From Neoechinorhynchus agilis (Eukaryota; Animalia; Acanthocephala), in the NCBI GenBank assembly GCA_051530055.1, contig CM121341.1, positions 13,928,784-13,992,783 of the forward strand: a stretch of 64,000 bases of DNA, written 5' to 3'. The position numbers were made by a program, and so were the translations under genes. Positions 38,030 through 49,881 of the stretch are shown piece after piece (within the stretch, counting starts at the first letter, position 1; each line of letters opens with the position of its first letter). Below the pieces are notes generated by a model, which saw only the letters and a program-made list of their open reading frames with translations, was not told the DNA's origin and ran no database searches.

Positions 38030-38600
38030 AGCACCCCGAACTCATCGACCCTCTTACCCATATTATAGATCACAGCTTGCCTAAAAACTGCTAAAGTGAT
38101 CCTTCTTCAAAAAAGGACATGCTATTTCCACCGAATCATTCCGTCCAATATCCATTCTACCCGCTCTTTCAAAAATCATTAAAAAATGTTTTCAATCTCG
38201 AGTTCTTTCACTACTCAACGACAAGTTACCGCCCCTACAATTTGGCTTCCGGCACAAATGTTCTGAAGCGGATGCCATACTTTGCATTTATGGCACGCTC
38301 CTACGTAACCTCGACAATAATCCCTCCTACGTCACCCGCCTCATTCAAGGTTATTTATCTAAAGCATTCGACTCGGTAGACCATTCACTACTCTTTCAGG
38401 TCTGCTCCAATTTTTGTCTCAACTTGTGGCAGATCCGCTGGCTTGAATCTTATCTTCACGATCGTCAACAATACATTCACTGCCGATCTACCCGCTCGAT
38501 CAGAATATCTCTCATCAAAGGAGTACCTCAAGATGCTGTGCTGTCACCAATTCTTTTTAATACTTTCGTAAACGACGTGAAACATCTCTCCTCTCACTCA
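38030..38600 (+). mobile_element. Non-LTR RT fragment (CR1/L2/Jockey-like), decayed
   Basis: FRPISILPALSK, QFGFRH, SKAFDSVDH, WLESYLHDRQQ, GVPQDAVLSPILFNTFVND. Confidence 0.85.
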
Positions 38601-39186
38601 GAAAGCCAAAGGAAACGTAAAGTGATCATATCCATTAATTGCCGTGTGCGCGCGTTTTCGGTCAAGAAAAGATGAAATTTGACAGTTTAAAAGACGTTTT
38701 ATATGCTTCAATCGGGTAGATTTATTTTAATTGCGGGTGATTATACAACAGTATAGTCGGTGTTTTCACTGCGAATGTTGGTCACTAGGTTACAATTGAC
38801 CCCCACACATTGAGCCCGATCTGGGGCACGCTTAAATGGCCACAGGGCTTCTACACTATCTATAAATTCCAACTATGATCAAGAACTTGAAACAGAATTT
38901 TTGCAAGTCTCCTATCACAAATGGCGTCTTATTGGAACTTGCGAAGGTCTGACGCGACATGTTTGGATTACTGTACCCCATGGGGGCTCAGTGCACGCAT
39001 TCTCCATTGAAGGCTTTTTGTATTGAACTTTGACATTTCAAGTTTGCTTATTCCAACCAGGTCATGATTCATGTAGTCATTAACTGCATGTGCAGGTTTT
39101 GTGCTTAAAGGGCGTTACTCAAAAGGAATCTGAAACCGTTTAGTGTTGTCCTGTTTTCTTGTTCGGCGTAAAAAATTTGACTCGCA

Positions 39187-39967
39187 ATGGCACGATCAAT
39201 GCCACTTGTAACTCTTGTGAGAATCGTGGTTCTCATATTCTTATTTATTGGCTCAGTTATGTATTGGGCAGCAATGGGTGCCACGACCTATGGATCAGTT
39301 AGAAGAAGTATCACGAATGCCGAAACCTTCGGACTCTACAAATTCTGCACGATAACAAAGATATCCGATACTCAATTTCAGACCGTATGCTCCAAATACA
39401 ACAAAGATCCGCCGTATATCACTACGAGTAAGGCGTTGTTCGGTGTATTTGTAGTTTTGGATTTATTCGTTATTTTAATGATGATCGGTCTTGTGATCGT
39501 AAAGCCAAAAGGAGGAAAGCGAGATAATGGAAACTTTTGAATCCGGTTATCTAAACGGCACAACAAAAGCTTCCAACAAGATTTTCATAGTCAACATCAT
39601 AACGTTTATACTTGCTTTACTTACGCTATTGATTTTCTGGTCGGCATTTATCTATTTTTCAAATGAGCTTCGGAAAAACGTCAAAGGACTCAGACTTTCG
39701 TCGGCCTTTGGGGCTGCACTTGCCGCGTTCTTCATTCTGACTATCGTATTCCTGGTGATCATAGGATTTCCGCTAATTTCAGAATATCTGACAGCAGATC
39801 GTCAACCGCTCGAATTTATCAATAGGCCGAATCCTTCATATACTCCGAATGTGCCCGCTGGTATCCTTGTGTCGGCTCCGAGTCCATATACTCCGAGTCC
39901 GCAATATTATGCCGCATCACCTCAAATGCAACCCCCGGCACTGGTCGCTAGTCCTGCTAGTTACTAA
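39187..39967 (+). CDS. Four-TM claudin/PMP22-superfamily-like protein, paralog 1 (central intron unresolved)
   Basis: TM1, W..FGLYKFC..C loop, three further hydrophobic segments, P/Y-rich tail. Confidence 0.55.
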
Positions 39968-40375
39968 ACTGATATATTGAAACGAAATGCCCGGCACCTT
40001 TACTAATGATCAACTTAAAATTGGTCGTTTTTCGATTATTGGAGTAAACTGTACTTTAACTATTGAGATTTGAGTGCAATTAGTAATGACTGATTTGTTC
40101 TCCAATGCAAATCCTACAGAAGTTAAGAATTGAAATCCGCTAAAAATCTAAATAATCATTGGCTTATCCGATTGAATTGTGTCCCTCCCCTTAAAAGTTT
40201 TGGAATTTAAAAATTTCTAATTTAGACGAGCTTCGAAAACGCAACTGTTCCCGATATCGAAGATATCTTAAACCACTTCGGATGAGATCATCTTGTGGAG
40301 AAAAGTCGGACTACCACTCAAAATAGATTCATATTTTCGCATTTAGAAATGCGAAATAAAATGAAATTTTCTTTT

Positions 40376-40743
40376 TTTCTCCGGATCCTCAGATACCTCC
40401 AGGAGGCGGGACTCATCAGTTAGCTTCCCTTCAGCGATATTTCGTCCACCTTGTTTGTGTGTCATTGGCTGTCGTGGATTCGAACCCTTGACCCTGAAGC
40501 AGGGATCCGGGCACGAGTCCACTGGACCACCTCCACACAACTACGAAATGTACAAACCCAGCTGACGAAATCGGTTTGCTCGACCGAATGTATTTATTAT
40601 TTGTTGATTTTGTCAGCTATTTTCTCGACCGCATGTATACATTTCTTTTGTATATTGATGTGCATTATCAATTTCGCCGGTCGGAGGAACTTTGTTTTCT
40701 ACATCAGAGAAGTGGTGTTACCACTTTAACTCTGATGAGTCGT
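40376..40743 (-). mobile_element. tRNA-headed SINE/retrozyme-like element, copy 1 (tail-spacer-head-core order)
   Basis: A-box TGGTCCAGTGG 40519-40529, B-box GGTTCGAATCC 40476-40486, GGACGAAA 40440-40447, CTGATGAGTCC 40409-40419; homologous to 40953-41192. Confidence 0.7.
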
Positions 40744-40952
40744 CGCCAATAAAATGTCTGTGGTATTCAAATTTGTTTTGTTGACGTAACAGGGAAATTT
40801 CGGTGTCCACTAGGCCCCTTCCAAATGAATCAATGATGTCCTAGCTTATATACTGTTTCCTCCCAAGGAAAATTATCAGCCGTGCAAAAAGGCCGCACAA
40901 GTCTTCAAAAATAGAAAAAACAATGGCCTCGAATTAACAAATAAAAACTGGC

Positions 40953-41192
40953 AGTTTGTACATTCCGCAGTTGTGTCGAGATGGTCAACTGGTTCGAATC
41001 CGTTACCGCCAATGACGCACAACCAAGGGGACGAAATACCGCTGAAGGGAGGAGACTCACCGATGAGTGCCGCCTCCTGGAGGTATCTGGGGATCCGGAG
41101 AAATGTATGAACTCTTAACGACTCATCCGAGTTAAAGTGGTAACATCACTTCTCTGATGTAGAAAACGAAGTTCCTCCGACTGGCGAAATTG
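40953..41192 (+). mobile_element. tRNA-headed SINE/retrozyme-like element, copy 2 (head-core-tail order)
   Basis: B-box 40991-41001 fused to the A-box by a ~32-nt deletion; GGACGAAA 41029-41036; mutated core CCGATGAGTGC; tail hairpin. Confidence 0.7.
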
Positions 41193-42232
41193 CTAATAAA
41201 ATAAAAATTTCCAATAGCGTTTCTGGGCACTGAAAACCGGTGAAGACGTTTGTAGACAATATTGAAACCCAATCATCTTCTGAGAATCTTTATCCAACGG
41301 ATCAGGATCCACAGGGACCTACAGAAGAAACGAAATGTTTCTCAGAATATTTCTGAGCTGAAAGTGATTTTTAAGAGCCCAGTTTGGAATTTGAATTTCA
41401 ACTTTTTTGTTGTTCCAATGGCATTTTAGGTTATTTGTTGGTCGCATTCATTTTTATACCATGGTTTTTAAAATTTAATTCTTTGGAATCCGAACACAGC
41501 GAATGAATTTTAAGTGTTCATTTAAAGTGCCGACTTCTTTAATGGCTTTAAATATTCGTTATTTAGAATACCAGCAATGATGAGATTTAAAAAAGGTATT
41601 ATTCATTTTAAAATCCAAATAACTCACGGATTTACTCATTCACTGAGTCACATGATTCACTCTTCTCTTCTTGAGATAAATCTTGAGTTCGGACGCTTAT
41701 TTTTGAACGTGAGTTTTAAAGATCTTTTATAAAGATAAAGAGCATTTTGGATTCTAAAAAGCGAAAGCGATTTTCCGTATTCCGTTCTTAACATACCGAA
41801 TTGCGCATGATTCCTTAACCAGGACGTCTTCAAAATGAATTTATTCAAACGAAACCCATTTTTTAACTAGATTTGAAATTATATGGCACAATCCATTTCA
41901 TTGCCAAAACAGTTGAGACCATTTTTGTAATACTGCACTCATATAAACTAGGAGACTTTCTAAGCGCAATTTTCAGAATGATAATACTAATTTCTTAACC
42001 TGTAGATATCAACAAAGAATGGACATGAAAACCAAATTTCTTGGGTTATTTTTGTTCCAGTAAAGAATAACAAATGCCATGCAATGATCTGATCGGAAAG
42101 ATGAAACTAATTGATTTAGTTGAGTTTTCGTGCCTACGTTTCCAATACCATTGATTTTATTGATACTACCCGTATTTTTAAAATATCAGTGCGTGTAGGT
42201 CACGAGTTTTTAATCTTTCAGATCATCTACAA

Positions 42233-44125
42233 ATGGCAAGGTTTCTTTATTCGTTGATTGGCATCGAGATGCACATCGGAGTCCGATCGAATTTCAAGCT
42301 GTTTTCTCCGGCTTCATGTGTTGAATTGAAAAAGTATAGCTCACCTAATAGTCAGGTAAATTCTTTTTGAATGTGTTTAATCCACGTTAGTTCAACTGAT
42401 TAGCTAGGTAGCACCGTTAGACATCGGGGCTCCTGGAGCGCTTCCACTGAGCATCAACAAACAGAGTGTCAAAGCCGCAGTTAAATTATCCAGGATACTT
42501 AATTGCCATTTAAATACTACCAGTTTTTTTGACCGGAAACATTACATGTACCATGATCTGCCGATTGGGTACCAGATTACACAAAAACGTAAACCGATCG
42601 CTGAACAGGGATACTTTGATTATCCAGCCGAGAATCCTAAGAAATCACTGAAATATAAAACCAAGCGAGCCTTTATAAGTAGAATTCAAATCGAACAAGA
42701 TACTGCAACTACTGGTGATCTGGATGATAATAAAGAGCTTCGAATGGTGGACTATAACCGAGCTGGAATGCCTTTATTAGAACTAGTAACCGACTGTTGT
42801 TTCAGAACAGCTGAGGAAGTTCGTTTATTTGTGGACGAAATGCGATTGGCCTTGCGATTAGCTGGGATAAGTCGATTACCTTGTCGAGTTGATGTTCGTT
42901 ACTGTTGAGATTATCTGAAATTCGGAATAAGGCTTGTCGACTAAACAATTCGAATAATCATATAGAGAAAATTCCTCGGGTTGACAAAATTAGAATTGCA
43001 GTGAAGATACTCCCGGTTAAGAGCCACTTTGTAACAATGAAATACCTCTTAACCGAGAGTATCTTCACCACAATTCTAAATACGAATAATATTTAGTCAT
43101 AGAACTCGCGATTGCGCAGTCGTATAGGATAAAATTGTTTAGATGAGAATAATGGTTTTACACTACCTTCGGTAATATGGTAACTTCAATGAACAAAGAA
43201 AACAAACGCGTTCATTATACCGGATTAACTCTTTATGATGAACTTTAACTGAGATGATTTCCTCGAACTATTTAGCACGTTTGGGGTCGTTCAAATTATG
43301 TCCGTTGTAATTCAACCATGTAGTCACTGTTTTTAGAAAATTCTGATGCTTAATGAGCATTCATTAGAGACATCCGCAGTAAAACCATTTTAAGTTGATG
43401 AACGGTGACAAGTGGCGTTCTTGGCAGCATCAATCGACTCGAAAGAGAGCGTCCGAGAATGTCCAACACGAGTTGATGTGAACGTATCTACGCACTTTAA
43501 AGCTAAATCCTTCGACCGAGAGTCCGGCCCGCGGGCAGAATTCAAAAACCTAAGCCGCCTTGCGCATATCGAATCAAGTGTTGATTCGGAAATATTTCGA
43601 CAAACTATGCTTATAATGAATGGTTATTTCGATCTATCACAAGGATGCGAGACCCGTAGTTATAGCGTAAGCACCAAAATAAACAAACTAGTTAGAAATA
43701 AGGAAAATCAAGAGGATTATATGTTTATGCCAGAACCTAATGTTCGTCCATTAGTTCTATCAAATAAATTTTTAGCAGAATGCTGGAGCGATTCTTGTCC
43801 AAAAACTCCAATAGAGTTGAGAAGAGATCTTGTAAAAGACAAATTTGCTGATAATTTAATTGTAGCTGATTGGCTAGTCCGTCAAAATGTATTTAATGAG
43901 TACAAGGCATTGATACAAGCCGGTCTGCCAAAAAGATTTGCGAGGTCAATTCTCAAGAATGAGTTTATACAATTTCGGCATTGCAATCCTAAGGATGTAA
44001 AGTTTGTTTTGGATCAATATATCGTAGAGGTTGCGACGGAAATATACGAAGGACGAATGCAACGACGGTGGTTCGAGAAGGCTCTCCTTGAAAAAGTTGA
44101 CGGTATACCAATATTACTTGATTGA
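42233..44125 (+). CDS. GATB: Mitochondrial Glu-tRNA(Gln) amidotransferase subunit B, multi-exon (3' end may extend to ~44330)
   Basis: IGIEMH..KLFS, PGALP, FFDRKHYMYHDLPIGYQITQ, IQIEQD, DYNRAGMPLLELVT, RVDVNVS, RAEFKNL, YMFMPEPNV. Confidence 0.88.
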
Positions 44126-45099
44126 TTGAAATTGTGTAGCCTCCTCAAACCTGTACTTAATTCCATAAAAATTTCATTGTTGTTTATTTTGTGTTAGATG
44201 GAAATTTTGCGAAAAGAATAAGATGGAAAGACAAGGGGCTGTCAATTATACGAAACGTCAATTATCCAGATCAGAATGCCGTCGTACTCAACTACTGTTG
44301 CTCAAGAGAATCAGACATCCTATAGTAAAACACGAAGGTGTGCAATAGTAGAGAAAAATAAGTGATTATTTTCAACAAGATTCTACCCCAATTTTCCTTT
44401 TTTTAAACCACTTCTCCGCATAATAAGGACTTTGATATCTGTAGTCTGACTTTACAAATTAAATGTATAATAAATAGTTTTCGGCTAATGGTATCCGATC
44501 CAAATTAATTAGGATAAACAACTTTCTACTTTAAGGCATTTGGGTTTATGAATTTGCGCACGGTATTTAAAGGACATAGCGTTATGTGCGAAATGAAGAT
44601 TTTGGGTTTGTGGTAAGGATGCAACTTGCTGATCGTTTCCGCTGTAGTCAAATATAACTATCAGGCAATAAAAGCAAAGAATTAACAATGTATTTTAAGA
44701 GTTATTATCTGTATACCAGTGTTATTTTTGACTGCGTACAAAAAGTGCTTTACACTTCAGCGTCAAAAAAAGCGCATATTGCGCTCAATAGTAGCTTAAA
44801 AATAATTCATCTTTACCACATTTAAATTTGAATAAAAATGGATGGTAGTAATAAACTAAAAATTACAAATTATATAATTTATTTGATTTCATGTATCGTT
44901 TCAACCTTTGTCTTCTAAGTAAAAAATTAAGCTAACAAAATCAACCGAAATATTTCTCTTCTCATCATCCTTAGGGTCCTGTCGCAGAAAAGCGAAAGCG
45001 ATTGACGAGCAAAAGGTCGAAGAAACACCTAAAAAAGAGCAAAATGAGGAACAAAGAACTATAATGATATGAAGTCGACCTCAATACCACCACAATCTA

Positions 45100-45960
45100 T
45101 CGACCCTCCGATTAATTTCTGTCATTGTGTGCCTTCTCCCCCTACCATCATTAATTGCTGATCTGAATTTGGCCCATCATGTGATGCAATTCACTCCATC
45201 AAAGATATAATATGCAACATTTATTTTGCTGGAATACATTGATCTCCTGTTACAGACCCTTTCGCCTCATGCACACCACCGCCACAATGTATTTCGTATC
45301 AATCAACTCCTTTTACCCTATTTGCATTATGCATTTCCTTCCCAGCAACTGTCGTGCGCATTTCCATCAATAATTCCATTCAACCATGCCCATGTCTTCC
45401 TAAAGTAACTTTCAACTCAGCACTCATTGGCTCGATCTTCCTTAACAGGATATACAAGGTTTTTACTTCACAACTTTCTTTTCGAATCTACGAAAATGAA
45501 GACTCATCACCGCACGCTACCGCCGCCATAAACCTTCGCTTTTAACGAACACCCTAAAACATATTTCACATCTTAAAACCTCGAATAGTAACCGAATCCC
45601 CAACTTCTTCTACCATGTGCAACTCCACCGGCGCCCGAATAACCATAAAGGACAATCACATAGTTTTTCCACATTAAACACGATTTACCTCCCTCAAAAA
45701 ATATAAAGTTATCACTGAGTCCCTACATTAATATACCATAAATAGGCTCATCCAATTGTGGCTGATCCATACCAATTCACAACTCAAAACTCGTTCTTAT
45801 CATTGCCAATCACCCATCCCAGCACAAATTTTCGATTCGCTCCCGGACTTCTGTCTTTGGGATAATCAATTCTTTAAGATCGAAAACTTGAATCGATTTC
45901 TACATTAAATTATCTTCCACCACAAACAAAGTAACCGCGATTTCCCTCATTTCCACCGGC
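45100..45960 (+). mobile_element. Very old LINE endonuclease-like relic
   Basis: Strong C/A strand skew; traces such as LISCYRP and WLDL; no intact ORF. Confidence 0.3.
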
Positions 45961-46118
45961 GTTTTTTTAATAGATCAACTCGTACGTTCGTCTTTCAAAA
46001 ATCGAAAATGTCCTTTGCGAAATGCACTTAGTTAAAAATATTCGATTAGTGGCGTCAAACAGATCGAGTTGATTTGCAATATATAAACGATTCCTATTAA
46101 CGACGTGATCGGTTTCTA

Positions 46119-47174
46119 TTACGTCGTTGATGGCCGCGTCCGGATTATAAGCCATTTGATAATTTGTTCCTTGCGGCACTCGCATTCGTGTAAAATTGAT
46201 TCCTGTATAATCGCAGGAAATTGAGGAATTCTTTGAAAATTATCCGGTTGTTGCGAACTCCAGCTTTCTCCATCGTAATAGTTTTGAAGGTTATGTACCA
46301 TTCTCGATTGATTGGTTTGGTTTCCTCGATAATTGAGTCGCTGTGGAAAACGTTCATTAACATAGGACCTTTCTGTGTAGTATCCTCCAGGATAAACTTC
46401 CATACTATTTGGCACCGATTGATTTATCATTCGGAAATATCCTGGTCGATAGACGTACTCATTAGCCGTCGATAATTCAGTTCCTTGGAAATTGTTATAG
46501 GCATTGTTCTCGGGTTGCGCATGAGGTTGAACCGCAATAAAATCGTAAGGGGTCCACGTCTGCGGATACCGTTGCAGTTGGAAAGAATGCTGAGAGTAGA
46601 CATTCGCTTGGTTGTCTTGTACTGGATAGCGACCTCGCGGCGTCGATGGATCTAACGGAACTTTCTGTTGACTGCTCATTGGTTGAACAAAACTTCCACC
46701 GTACGATGGTATAGGCGTTATGTAGTGAGAATGAACACTCGTATTGGAACTTTGCTGCTGTTCAACAGTGGGTTGAATCGATCGTTGGTGGCTGCGATTT
46801 ATCTGCTGTGGTTGGGAGAAGGATTGTCCCATTTGAACCAATGGCCATTGAGTTGAGCCAGTAGAAACGCCACACGACGAACCTCGCTGAACTGACATAT
46901 CGGGATCGGTAGGATTAGAACGTGAACGTTTCACTTCAACTTCAGCTTCATTATGATGTTGTTTGCCATTTGCGATCACTTCTTGTTCAGTTAATCTTAT
47001 CTTTTGTTCAACTACTTCTAATTTAACCGAGAGTTCGACATCAGCTGAACGTTTTCTGAGTTTACTCGAAGATCTTGCGAGTTTGTTTGTTTTCTTCGAA
47101 ATTTCTAGCAGAGGTACTACTATTTGAAAATTCTCCATCGTCTCCTGGGCGCTTGCACCTGAAAGTTGGAGCAT
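46119..47174 (-). CDS. 351-aa Q/S/N/Y-rich low-complexity ORF; possibly a terminal exon of the upstream RRM gene
   Basis: Long open frame in AT-rich DNA; CTTTCAG acceptor near its start. Confidence 0.5.
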   Translation of the reverse strand: MLQLSGASAQETMENFQIVVPLLEISKKTNKLARSSSKLRKRSADVELSVKLEVVEQKIRLTEQEVIANGKQHHNEAEVEVKRSRSNPTDPDMSVQRGSSCGVSTGSTQWPLVQMGQSFSQPQQINRSHQRSIQPTVEQQQSSNTSVHSHYITPIPSYGGSFVQPMSSQQKVPLDPSTPRGRYPVQDNQANVYSQHSFQLQRYPQTWTPYDFIAVQPHAQPENNAYNNFQGTELSTANEYVYRPGYFRMINQSVPNSMEVYPGGYYTERSYVNERFPQRLNYRGNQTNQSRMVHNLQNYYDGESWSSQQPDNFQRIPQFPAIIQESILHECECRKEQIIKWLIIRTRPSTT

Positions 47175-47269
47175 TTCATTGCCATGAGCAGTGATCTCCG
47201 ACTTTAGAGAGCTGTTGATAATAGCATACCCGCTGTAATATTTTCTTTAAATCTGGCAATTTGATTGCT

Positions 47270-49881
47270 TCCTAATTGTTAAATAACAATTTAAGATCAA
47301 CACAATGTTTTAAAGTTATATTAAATCTGATATTTGTACTTGAAAGATCGCTCAACTGACCAGCTTGGAGGTAAATTTTTTCAATCAGTTCAGCAACATG
47401 ATTAGAAAATAACGCTGCTCCGTCTTGTACTAGGCTTCGTACATTTACGACGACTTTTTCACTTTTAATAGCGTGAACCGTTGCACAAGAAAGGATCAAA
47501 TAATCGCGATCTGGTGATCGATTGATTCGTGAGATTTATGTAATAAACTTCACAACAAAGGTTCCTATCAGAAAAAATGAAAATGGAATGAAAATATGAT
47601 ATCGACAGTTGATGAAAAGACCTAAATAATAAGCTTGGAAGTATTGTTTCACATCTAATTTTCGTTCGGCTTCTAAGTAATCAATTAAACTACGAACTTC
47701 ATTTCAAGACTTTATGTTAGCAAATCTTTTACACAAAATCAACAGAAATGTATTTTCGTGCATGAAGCTCCGCATCACATCGCAAACAGCAATCATGCAA
47801 GTTGATTATCAACGAGCAAGCGTCGGTTAGTGATTTTGTTTCAACGAACCCAGTCGTAAGTAATTTAACTTGAACGTCTAGATTTTTCTGCGACAACAGC
47901 TTCATTCCATCCTCAAGAGGCGAAATTCTCAGTCTACACGACGGTGGGTTCGGCTGTACACAAAGGCTTTGGATTTCGGATTCTTCATAATATCGCCACT
48001 GACGTGTCCTTACGGTGTAAACCTATGAAACTAATTCTGAAGTGTACAACATACGAAGGACGTACCTTTCCTGTTGAACCTGTTATCTGGGTGAATTTCT
48101 GACTACTTATCGTCAACTTCAACGGAAATCCAAATAGCTCCAGACCATCAAAGTACTTAAGAGCTACTTTTCCGTTCCTTTCAATAAATAAACAATGGAT
48201 ATCTAACCATAGAGCATTGAAAATCGATTTTTGTACTCCAATAAAATCGAATTATTACCCAGAAACCGAATCATAGACACATTTCCGGCTGTACCTATAG
48301 CTCAATAATTGTAAAATTATATATCTTTGAAGGAGGTCATACCGAAAAAATTTACCAAATAAATGTTGCGCCGAATCTAAACATCGGTACTCAAACCATG
48401 ACATATGTATACGCGTACCTGAGGTGCCAGGTTTTCCACCAAGACGGTAGTCGATATTATCAATGGTAAAACTTTGGCCGACAATTCCAATGCCGGGTTG
48501 TATTCGGAATAAGATTCCATTGACCTTAGCTGAGTGTCTTCGAGCACTAAAAGAAATAAGCTCGATTCGAAGAGAAGTGATCTTCGGATTACAACCGTTA
48601 GTTTTATCGTCATTATAGAATTGAATAACGACCTAATTTAAGATTATCTGCGGTTAAGGAAATTTCCAAGCTCCCCTTCGAAGCAAACTGTGGTCCTATT
48701 ACGCTTGGCAAGCATTTTTGAAACGCAGACGATCTCATCGAATATTCATTACAATTTCCAACCTGAAATCAACCCCATAAATTGTGTAGTTTTAACATTG
48801 AAAATATTCATAAAAATAAAAATTTGTCAATATGCCGAATGGTGAAAATATTTTAGAACTAACAATAGCCTATTCGAATCTTTCTATAGAGGTATAACCA
48901 TCAGGTCATTTAGTGCGTAAATTTTTTTGTTAAGAAGTTACTTACGGCTTTGAAACGCAAAAGATGCAGACAAATTAAGTGGAACTTTTTGTCCTGGTTC
49001 TTTGAGCAAAGTATTATCTGTAAAATCACGTGAATAACTACAATTATAATTTATATCCAGATCGGTGGCAGGCGATTGCCTAATGTTGATTTTGGCGATG
49101 ATGTTAACGTAAGATGCCTGTACAAAGCAAGAAACACTTTAAAGTGGATTACGTAAATATAAATGAACCTCCATCACGCGATCCAAGTCGATTGTTTTCA
49201 CTCTAGCATGCCATTGACTATTATCATCTCCACCAGGTTTTCGGTCAACTTGAATTTTCAATACTCGTCCATACAACGAAATTAACTGCGGTCGATATTG
49301 AGTTGTTTGGGTATAAATAATCGTCATCTTACGTTAAATACAAGGAGCAGACATGAGAATGCAAGCATCTCATCCTTTAGGTTCGCTAAAAAACATTGCA
49401 TGTTCAGCGCAATGTCTACCTCTAGGACAGAATTCTCAATATCAGAAACACCTGCCCGATACCAAGAACGCATTGAATCCAGAGTCCATGGCGGCACAAG
49501 TTCGGATGTATTCTCTTGGATGGAATCCACGAGTTTGAAATCGGTTAGCTTTTGATGGCTTAAATATGCTAAAATGGAACGAAAATATGATTCTGCAAAT
49601 CTAGCGTCCTCCAGTGTCGCGTACTCGACGTTCAGTCTGTTAATCTTTACGTGTGCTTAATACGTGAGTTTAAACAGTCTATTATACGTTCAAACCTCGT
49701 TATTATCTCCTACTGAGCAAAAGATTGAACGCACGTTTCCAAACGTTACGAATGTCAGAGAAACCTGCGATGGGTCCAACTTCTTTACATCGATGTTGCA
49801 GAACTGAAGAACTGCCATTAGTCTGAAAATTGAAACTATATACATAATAGAACCTTTAACAACAGTATCTCCATGAAGCAT
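47270..49881 (-). CDS. Divergent multi-RRM protein (PTB/hnRNP-L-like), multi-exon
   Basis: Exon pieces SLTFVTFGNVRSIF, ISLYGRVLKIQV, LFGTAGNVSMIRFL, VALKYFDGLELFGFPLKLTISSQ, PNPPSCRLRI resemble successive RRMs; model incomplete. Confidence 0.42.

Noticed and set aside
38795-38995. Short imperfect inverted repeat (CATTGAGCCC / GGGCTCAGTG) as MITE termini
   Set aside because: Only ~10 bp, no TSD and no second copy.
40470-40545. Functional tRNA gene
   Set aside because: Arms do not form a proper cloverleaf or anticodon loop, and the head is embedded in a repeated element.
47800-48300. Plus-strand UEV/TSG101-like reading
   Set aside because: No continuous frame; the minus strand gives splice-bounded RRM-like exons.
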